DNA from: a virus
IMG/VR virus record: IMGVR_UViG_3300045988_055181
Location: 1-47,470 of that record
Strand: one strand, 5' to 3'
Length of the DNA: 47,470 nucleotides
The notes under the pieces are model-generated. The model was given only the letters and a program-made list of their open reading frames with translations. It made no database searches and was not told where the DNA came from. The position numbers and the translations under genes are program-made. This document shows positions 41,234 to 47,470 of the stretch, one piece after another; within the stretch, counting starts at the first letter, position 1, and each line of letters opens with the position of its first letter.

Positions 41234-41890
41234 GCGTTTCCTCCCCATTGTTCAGCCATAGCTTTTGCAATGCCCGGGAACGTCTTGCTTCTCGCCTTGG
41301 CGCGGTCTGTTGTGAACATCCCCTTATATCGCTCGTCGTGCTTGTGGCTGTAACTTCCGCTTGGGCACCATGTTGCAACCGGATCAACAACATTTGTCGG
41401 GGTTAACATCGGTAGATTTTTCAGCCACAGGCACGTTTTTTTGGTGTACGGATGCCCGAACTGATACGGCTGTACAGTCTGTGTATAGTCCGGCATAGCA
41501 AACACCTTACTCGGTATTGGGTTTTCCACCGCGACCCGTGGAACTCGTGCGTTATAAAATGCCATGAAAAAGTCTCTTGCCTGAATTCCAAGCATAACGC
41601 GGTCAGCTTGGAGCTGATGGTTTTTCCAAAGATGTCGCGCCCCGGCGTTGCTGAGGTATGTGCACGGCGGATGAGCGATCAGCAAGTCCCACCTGCCCAC
41701 TTCATGTGTCTGTCCGTCCATGGTGATCAACTGCCCCCCCCTCGATAGCCTTGAGTGCATCTCCGAGGATATGCCACTCAGGATGACCGCCGGACGGCTC
41801 CTGAATATCGCAGGAGTAGGCTTCGTGTCCTTTTTCGCGGAACGCCTTGCAAACCGTCTGTGATTCCTCACAGGCAACTAAGACCTTCAT
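41230..41890 (-). pseudogene. C5-cytosine-methyltransferase-like gene split by a frameshift in a G8 (plus-strand C8) tract
   Basis: The N-terminal ORF (MKVLVACEESQ...AIEGG) and C-terminal ORF (QLITMDG...LIAHPPCTYLS...AVENP...) join in frame if 41733-41740 were 7 nt instead of 8. Confidence 0.6.
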
Positions 41891-42709
41891 TTACACCACA
41901 CCCTCCAACCCAATCTGCACCGTTTCCGGTTCTTTCAGCATTTCATCTTTGGCAAGCCGGTAAAACTGCTTGTCCAGTTCAAAGCCATAGCTGTTTCTTC
42001 CCAGCTCCCGCGCCGCTCTGAGCGTCGAACCGCTCCCGGCGCATGGGTCAATTACCGTGTCGCCCGGGTCTGTGAAAATCTCAATCAGCTTTTTCAGCAC
42101 CTTCACCGGCTTCTGCGTCGGGTGCAGCTTGGGAATCTCTCTGCCGTCCCGTTCCCAGTCGATATGGTCAAACACCATCTTTCCGCTTCCGCGAATGACC
42201 TTGCCGTCCTCGTCGTACTGCCTGCCGTTGTTAAACTTCGGCAACTTGTCGCGATACAGTACAACCGCAAATTCGGTTGCGCCTACAATGCGCATATTGG
42301 CTTTGAGCACCTGCGCCGAGTAGTTTTTTGTGAAAAACAGCGGATAGCTGTTCTTGAACCCGTACCGCCTGCCGTACTCCATCACTGTTTGTATCTGGTC
42401 GAACGCGCAAAATACAATCATTGCCGGTGCGGCGTTCTTTTCCTTCGGTTCTTTCTTCAAAAGCCGATTACAGAAGTGCATATACTCTGCAATCTTGAAA
42501 TAGCCGTCAGTCCGAAAGAAGCTGCTCTTTGCCTTCTTGCTCTCGCCGTTCTTGTTATCTCCGCCAACATACCACATCGGGTTGCTCCCGTAAGCGTCCG
42601 CGCCGATGTTATACGGAATATCCGCAATAACAAGCTGCGCTTTCGGGATGCCGTACCGCTTGTAATTCTGGAAATTGTCGTTGAACAGCTCGCATTTCAG
42701 CTCCTTCAT
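41891..42709 (-). CDS. N6-adenine/N4-cytosine DNA methyltransferase (beta class)
   Basis: N-terminal ADIPYN (DPPY-type) motif and C-terminal DPCAGSGST SAM motif. Confidence 0.8.
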   Translation of the reverse strand: MKELKCELFNDNFQNYKRYGIPKAQLVIADIPYNIGADAYGSNPMWYVGGDNKNGESKKAKSSFFRTDGYFKIAEYMHFCNRLLKKEPKEKNAAPAMIVFCAFDQIQTVMEYGRRYGFKNSYPLFFTKNYSAQVLKANMRIVGATEFAVVLYRDKLPKFNNGRQYDEDGKVIRGSGKMVFDHIDWERDGREIPKLHPTQKPVKVLKKLIEIFTDPGDTVIDPCAGSGSTLRAARELGRNSYGFELDKQFYRLAKDEMLKEPETVQIGLEGVV

Positions 42710-43077
42710 TCTTCGTCCCTCCCAATAATCTCGATCTCCACCCGCGGATTTTTTGAATCTACATAAAAGTGGTCTTCAAATCCGATAATGTTCTTCCAAC
42801 CGTCATTCTTAAGGAACCGCGCCTTAACAAGCGCATCCTGAATGACCTTGCGGCCAAACGCACAAATGTTATCCTTATCCCGCCGCCGGTCTTTCTCGTA
42901 CCAGCGATAAATCATGTACACCGGCTCCTGAAACTCCGCACCGCCAAGTTGCCGTGCCGCGTGCATCACAACGGTTTCGCACTGCTTTTTCAGCCGCGCC
43001 CCCTCCTGCCGGTGTCGTCTCTCTGCCTCGATCAGCTCATTCAGTCCCGGCAGCGGGCCTTTTATTACAAATTTCAT
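42706..43077 (-). CDS. rusA: RusA-type Holliday junction resolvase
   Basis: Sequence ...RRDKDNICAFGRKVIQDALVKARFLKNDGW... ATGA coupling at both ends. Confidence 0.65.
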   Translation of the reverse strand: MKFVIKGPLPGLNELIEAERRHRQEGARLKKQCETVVMHAARQLGGAEFQEPVYMIYRWYEKDRRRDKDNICAFGRKVIQDALVKARFLKNDGWKNIIGFEDHFYVDSKNPRVEIEIIGRDEE

Positions 43078-43793
43078 CTTCTGCTCGCTTTCACTCGTGC
43101 CGCCCACTCACTTTCCCAGTCACTGGCGGCGGGCGCACCGTTAAACATCGGCGCATCCGTTTTGGTTTTCTTCGGCTTGTCTCCGATTCTGTCCCAAATG
43201 ATACCCTTCCAACCTTGCGACATACTCAGCCGGATAACCTCGGCTACTGCCTGTTCTCCGTGCTGCTTTACGCGGTTCTCTATCATCGTGAGAAGGTTTC
43301 TGAGGCCAGTTGGCTCGTATGCATCCCTGCGCTCCTTCTTGTATCTAATCCAATCTTGAACCGCCGAACATACCGGTTCCGAAAATCGTTCAGTTAGGTC
43401 GAGTTTCTTATCGGCTTCTTGGGCTTTGGGCTTCGGTTTAGGCTTTGGCGAACATTTTGCCGGTGTCGTCACTTCGTCGCGTTCGGTGCTCTGGTACTCG
43501 TCGTACTTGCTAACCGTGATAACTGTATAGTGCCGATTGGTTTCCACCGTGATTTCGCCGGTCTTTTTCAGTTTACCGAGCGCCGTCCGTACCTGCTGCA
43601 CAGACAGCCCGCTTTCCGCCGAGAGTGCCGCATAACTTGTTGCAAACGCACCACGCGGTATTTCTATACCCTTCCACTCACAAGCCTTGTAATTGGCTCT
43701 CAGCAGGACGTGCAGCCATAGCTTGCAGGTGGGGAGGTCTTTGTACCATCCCCACTCCGTAAGCGCACGGTGCAGTTTTATGTGCCCGTTCAT
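43074..43793 (-). CDS. replication organizer / initiator-like winged-helix protein
   Basis: Sequence IKLHRALTEWGWYKDLPTCKLWLHVLLRANY...GLSVQQVRTALGKLKKTGEI. KP-repeat linker. Confidence 0.55.
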   Translation of the reverse strand: MNGHIKLHRALTEWGWYKDLPTCKLWLHVLLRANYKACEWKGIEIPRGAFATSYAALSAESGLSVQQVRTALGKLKKTGEITVETNRHYTVITVSKYDEYQSTERDEVTTPAKCSPKPKPKPKAQEADKKLDLTERFSEPVCSAVQDWIRYKKERRDAYEPTGLRNLLTMIENRVKQHGEQAVAEVIRLSMSQGWKGIIWDRIGDKPKKTKTDAPMFNGAPAASDWESEWAARVKASRR

Positions 43794-43809
43794 CGTCCCT
43801 CACCACCTG

Positions 43810-44202
43810 TTAAAACGGCAGTTCGTCATCGTCCGCCTCGTCGGTCGGAATAAAATCGCTGTTCTCCTTCGGCTTGCCCTCGCTCTTGCCGCCGCAGAAG
43901 TCGATGCTTTCGCACTGTACTTCCCACGATCGACGCTTATTGCCGTTCTTGTCCTGCCAATCGCGGCTTTCCAAACGGCCGGAAACAATGCACATATCGC
44001 CCTTGTGGAACCATGTGCTTGCGTGCTCTGCCAACTTGCCCCACAGGACAACGGAACAGAAGTCGCTCTGATATTCTCCGTTGTTATCCTTTCTGCTGCG
44101 TTGTACCGCAATCGTACCGCTTGCTACAGCCGTATTAGACTGCGTGTGTCGCAATTCCAAATTATCTGTTAATCTTCCTTGTAAAACGATCTTGTTAAGC
44201 AC
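43810..44202 (-). CDS. ssb: single-stranded DNA-binding protein
   Basis: OB-fold pattern and an acidic C-terminal tail DEADDDELPF. Confidence 0.85.
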   Translation of the reverse strand: MLNKIVLQGRLTDNLELRHTQSNTAVASGTIAVQRSRKDNNGEYQSDFCSVVLWGKLAEHASTWFHKGDMCIVSGRLESRDWQDKNGNKRRSWEVQCESIDFCGGKSEGKPKENSDFIPTDEADDDELPF

Positions 44203-44767
44203 TTGTATTCCTCCGTTTGTTGCATTTTTTCAATCCATTATGCAATTTCGCATGTTCTGATCGGGTCAGGACCACGATATTTTCTGGATTGTTGTTTGTC
44301 TTATTGCCGTCAATGTGATGTACAATGTCCGAAGATGTCAGCTTTCTTCCGTATTTCTGTTCAGCTACAAGCCTATGTTCCAGCACAAACCCGTGTTTAT
44401 CTGCTAAGTGGTTGTCTGGTCGATATACAAGAATATACCCGCTTGAGTGTTTCTTTCTTCCTCCGGACCAGTGATAATTTTTATCTCCAGCCATTGCTTC
44501 TCTCAGCTTTTGTTTGGTTTCATCTGACATCTTGCGTCCGTACGTCGGGCACAAGCTACCGGTTTTCCCAATGTGCGGATGTTTATGATTTTTCCACAGG
44601 AATTTTACGCTTTCAATTCGCGTAGGAACTCTCATGCCTGCTTTTTTCATCTCTCTTGAGAGTTTTTGTCGCTCAATTCCGATTTCGTTCTCAAGCATTC
44701 GCAAGCTCGCGCCTTCCGCAATCCGGGTTTCGATGTATTCCCGATATTTTTCTAAATCAACTTTCAT
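44195..44767 (-). CDS. HNH homing-type endonuclease
   Basis: Sequence EHRLVAEQKYGRKL...VHHIDGNKTNNNPENIVVLTRSEHAKLH. Confidence 0.8.
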   Translation of the reverse strand: MKVDLEKYREYIETRIAEGASLRMLENEIGIERQKLSREMKKAGMRVPTRIESVKFLWKNHKHPHIGKTGSLCPTYGRKMSDETKQKLREAMAGDKNYHWSGGRKKHSSGYILVYRPDNHLADKHGFVLEHRLVAEQKYGRKLTSSDIVHHIDGNKTNNNPENIVVLTRSEHAKLHNGLKKCNKRRNTSA

Positions 44768-45069
44768 CTCCCTGTCTCTTTGGTATACTTCTGGTTTCCC
44801 TCACTCCACAGCGGATAAATGCTCTGCAGGTACTCCCGCATTTCCCGCTTGATTTCCTTGCCGTCGCCCTGGTCCATCTCCCGATGGCACTCTGGGCACA
44901 GCATGACTAAATTCGTCGGAATACCCATGCCGCCGCGTGCTCTCGATACAAAATGGCACGCTTGCAGAACTCCGCCTTTCCCGCAGTGGCGGCAAATGCC
45001 GCCGTCCCGCTCCCAGCATTCGCGCCATACCGCCGGGCTAATGCCGGTAAACTTGGTCTGCCGTCTCAT
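44764..45069 (-). CDS. Cys/His nuclease-like protein (NinG/HNH-like, 101 aa)
   Basis: Sequence CRHCGK...CHFVSRARGGMG...LVMLCPECH. Confidence 0.45.
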   Translation of the reverse strand: MRRQTKFTGISPAVWRECWERDGGICRHCGKGGVLQACHFVSRARGGMGIPTNLVMLCPECHREMDQGDGKEIKREMREYLQSIYPLWSEGNQKYTKETGR

Positions 45070-45233
45070 TCTTCCATGTCCTTTCTCGCCGCGCGTTCCA
45101 ACCTGCGCTTTGCCCTTCGTCTGTAGTCCTTCTTCATCTTCGCCCATCCGCTGTGATTTCGTGCCCAGCAGGCGAAGCGATAGCCTATTTTCCAGTCCGC
45201 TGGTACAAAGCGTTTGTATGTCGTAAACCTCAT
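45066..45233 (-). CDS. 55-aa basic protein
   Basis: ATGA coupling at both ends. Confidence 0.4.
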   Translation of the reverse strand: MRFTTYKRFVPADWKIGYRFACWARNHSGWAKMKKDYRRRAKRRLERAARKDMEE

Positions 45234-45781
45234 ACGCAGCGTTCCTTTCTTCCGGTCTCCCACTCGTCTTTCAACTCGCTTAACAGGCTTGGTGACGCGG
45301 TTTCCACTCCGGCGTTTTTGCAATCCTGAATGCAGTTGTCAATCAACTGGGACATTTGCCTCTTGTCAAAATCGCTTGAACCATAATACGCAAGCACTGT
45401 TGTGCAACCGTTGATTTTCGATGCTCTGGTTTCAATAAATCTTCCAATATGGTTGCTCGTCCACTTTTGACCGAAACTCGCTACTGCCTGTGTCTGCATA
45501 CACAGTACTTCATAGTTGCCAATGTCTTTGATATGTCGTCTGTAAATGCACTCCGGTGGTTCACCCATGGCCTTAGCCAGTTTTCCGCACAGCGCCCAGT
45601 ACATCGCATTTGCGTCAAGGTCTCGTCTTTCCTGCTTAGGCGCGATCTTGGCGGTATACACCTTACCATCTTTGAGTTTTTCGCACTCAACTCGTGCCAT
45701 AGGTGCATTGCTGATGTGAAGACACAACCAATTTCCGAGATCGTTGTGTATTACCTGCGCATGATCAAACTCATGCGTCAT
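45230..45781 (-). CDS. NinB/Orf-like recombination mediator
   Basis: RRDLDANAMYWALCGKLA resembles lambda NinB RSLDQNRKLWACLGDVS. Confidence 0.45.
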   Translation of the reverse strand: MTHEFDHAQVIHNDLGNWLCLHISNAPMARVECEKLKDGKVYTAKIAPKQERRDLDANAMYWALCGKLAKAMGEPPECIYRRHIKDIGNYEVLCMQTQAVASFGQKWTSNHIGRFIETRASKINGCTTVLAYYGSSDFDKRQMSQLIDNCIQDCKNAGVETASPSLLSELKDEWETGRKERCV

Positions 45782-46644
45782 GGCATAGCCTCCATTGCCT
45801 TCTGATGGTCTTTATCGTCCATCTTCTTGTTCAGCTCTACCATCAATGCGCCGAAATCATTCATTTTCAGTTTCGGAAGATCATCCAGCGGAAAACCGAT
45901 GGTTTCTTCAAACTTCTTTTTCGTGGTTGCGCCCAGCGCTTTTGCAATCTTCTTAATGGTGGTTGTTTCCACCTCACCAATCACATCTTCTGGCGGCTTT
46001 TGCAGCGCCAGCTCCCGCTCGATTTTTTTAAGCGCAAAATGATATTCGTCATACGTTACCTCGGACGTAGTACGGCAGCCGGTAAGTCGCATAAGGTGTT
46101 CTTGTGCCTTGTCATTGCCGTAGACCTGTTGTAGCCTGTGCGCAAATGCCTGACAATCGCGTTTAATCAGCTTATCCGTACCTGCCCGCTCGGCTTCTCC
46201 AGAATACTTAGTCTGATCTTCTCGCACGCTATCATCGTTCCAGTATACATCTGCGCCAGCGCCGAGCATCTTTGCAGCAACCGAGATAGCGTCAGTATAT
46301 GCCATCTTCCAGCATTCGTCTGATACCTGCGGGCCGTTTCTGGTCTGCGAAACAAACTGACTGCCGCCCGTGCCTGGAATAGCGTCAGACCATTCGCCTT
46401 CCACCTTGACAAACAGATTGATATTGCAGAATGCACACACAACGCCGTCATGCGTTTCAAGCCACTGTTTGACAATCTCGGTTTTCCAGCCCATGCCGCA
46501 CGGCCCGAATTGCTCCGTCAGCGCCTTAATTCGCCACATGGGGTTAATGTCGGTAAAACCTTTCAGCTTTCCAGCCTGAATCTCCTTTTTGGCTGTCTGC
46601 GGCACTGTGCGCAGCGCATTATACAGCGTCAGATTGTCACTCAT
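45778..46644 (-). CDS. Rad52/Sak-like single-strand annealing protein
   Basis: Sequence ...GFTDINPMWRIKALTEQFGPCGMGWKTEI... Confidence 0.6.
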   Translation of the reverse strand: MSDNLTLYNALRTVPQTAKKEIQAGKLKGFTDINPMWRIKALTEQFGPCGMGWKTEIVKQWLETHDGVVCAFCNINLFVKVEGEWSDAIPGTGGSQFVSQTRNGPQVSDECWKMAYTDAISVAAKMLGAGADVYWNDDSVREDQTKYSGEAERAGTDKLIKRDCQAFAHRLQQVYGNDKAQEHLMRLTGCRTTSEVTYDEYHFALKKIERELALQKPPEDVIGEVETTTIKKIAKALGATTKKKFEETIGFPLDDLPKLKMNDFGALMVELNKKMDDKDHQKAMEAMP

Positions 46645-46859
46645 TCTTCATCCTCCTGCTCAAAGTCATAAACCGCCATTCTCAAATCATCGAGAAAGCT
46701 CTTGATTTCCTGCGGAAACAAATCCGTGTAATCTTCCAGATACAAGCCAATAGCAGTCTCGGCTTCCCACATATCCTGCAACCGGTTAAGTCGCTCCTGA
46801 TCTGCCCTCTCCGGCGGCTCTAACGCCCGCTCGGGGCATCCGGTGATAGTATCACGCAT
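46641..46859 (-). CDS. acidic hypothetical protein (72 aa)
   Basis: GGAGG RBS. 8-nt overlap with the upstream stop. Confidence 0.5.
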   Translation of the reverse strand: MRDTITGCPERALEPPERADQERLNRLQDMWEAETAIGLYLEDYTDLFPQEIKSFLDDLRMAVYDFEQEDEE

Positions 46860-47115
46860 TGCGCAGTGCCTCCAAAACGTCCTCGTCATGCACGATTTCC
46901 GTTTTTCCGTCTTTCGTTTTCGCCCATGCCTCATCACCAATGCGGGTATAATATTCCTTTGCTCCAGTGATCTTTTTGTCTTCGACATTCATCAGCCAAA
47001 CCGAAGCGGTATATCCCAGTGTAGAAACATTCATGTCAATGCCTGTATCCGCTTCGCTGTCCTGTTTTTCAAGAACCAGATCAAGCAGGCTGTGAAACAG
47101 CTTCTTGTCTTTCAT
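46852..47115 (-). CDS. hypothetical protein (87 aa)
   Basis: TAATG coupling to the junction-spanning gene. Confidence 0.55.
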   Translation of the reverse strand: MKDKKLFHSLLDLVLEKQDSEADTGIDMNVSTLGYTASVWLMNVEDKKITGAKEYYTRIGDEAWAKTKDGKTEIVHDEDVLEALRNA

Positions 47116-47470
47116 TATTCATCCACCTCTATAATCGCGCCGTTTTTCAGCATATAAAACGTATCCGCTTTGATGGTTTCTCCATCTACGCAAACAGCCT
47201 GAACGCCTAAAATGTGCATTTTTTCATCACGTTCCGTGAGCACCAGCCAACAGCCGACAGCACCTTTCGCTTTGCTGCCATACCCGGTAACGACCGCAAT
47301 GCTTTCCGCTCCTCCAACCGTGGCGGCGCTCCAGTCGCCCGTGTTCGTGGCGGCGCTCCGGTTGCCCGTGTTCGTGGCGGCGCTCCGGTCGCCCGTGTTC
47401 GTGGCGGCGCTCCGGTCGCCCGTGTTCGTGGCGGCGCTCTGGTTGCCCGTGTTCGTGGCGGCGCTCCAGT
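47115..47470 (-). CDS. C-terminal part of the junction-spanning nonapeptide-repeat protein (47416-47470 duplicates 1-55)
   Basis: Sequence ...SAATNTGDWSAATVGGAESIAVVTGYGSKAKGAVGCWLVLTERDEKMHILGVQAVCVDGETIKADTFYMLKNGAIIEVDE, stop at 47115-47117. Confidence 0.65.
   Translation of the reverse strand, partial: WSAATNTGNQSAATNTGDRSAATNTGDRSAATNTGNRSAATNTGDWSAATVGGAESIAVVTGYGSKAKGAVGCWLVLTERDEKMHILGVQAVCVDGETIKADTFYMLKNGAIIEVDE
47319..47470. repeat. 27-bp tandem repeat (right end of the array shared with 1..92)
   Basis: Direct reading. Confidence 0.95.

Overview
The window is a complete, circularly assembled temperate siphovirus-type phage genome. The first 55 nt are identical to the last 55 nt, so the unique length is 47,415 bp. 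It carries about 90 tightly packed genes, mostly on the minus strand and often translationally coupled through ATGA/TAATG overlaps.

Modules:
- Lysogeny switch: divergent CI-like and Cro-like XRE genes with back-to-back promoters.
- An AT-rich accessory cassette.
- A tyrosine integrase, with an attP built on the 3' part of a tRNA-Thr(GGU) and flanked by arm-type 9-mers.
- Early, recombination and replication genes: Rad52/Sak-like annealase, NinB-like protein, HNH nucleases, SSB, replication organizer, RusA.
- Two DNA methyltransferases, one interrupted at a G8 tract.
- Many small early ORFs, including Lar-like and DUF4406-like proteins.
- terS, terL, portal, scaffold, decoration protein, lambda-E-like capsid, connectors, tail, tape measure and fibres.
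- Holin plus amidase, followed by a post-lysis cargo block.

The feature I cannot explain with ordinary phage biology is a 1.1-kb ORF-free, hairpin-dense locus at 34951-36087. It holds five copies, spaced 93-107 nt apart, of a 30-32-nt stem/internal-loop/stem/8-nt-loop motif. The stems keep pairing through compensatory and G-U substitutions, which points to a large structured ncRNA or an RNA hairpin array, probably minus-sense.

Other points of interest:
- A solitary early protein with Cas7/RAMP-like motifs.
- A 420-nt strand-asymmetric repeat tract.
- 11-bp phased iterons next to an AT-rich palindrome.
- A structured RNA following an orphan AT-rich gene.
- Two different short-period repeat proteins, one of which spans the contig junction.

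All functional calls rest on motif recognition by eye. No searches were run.
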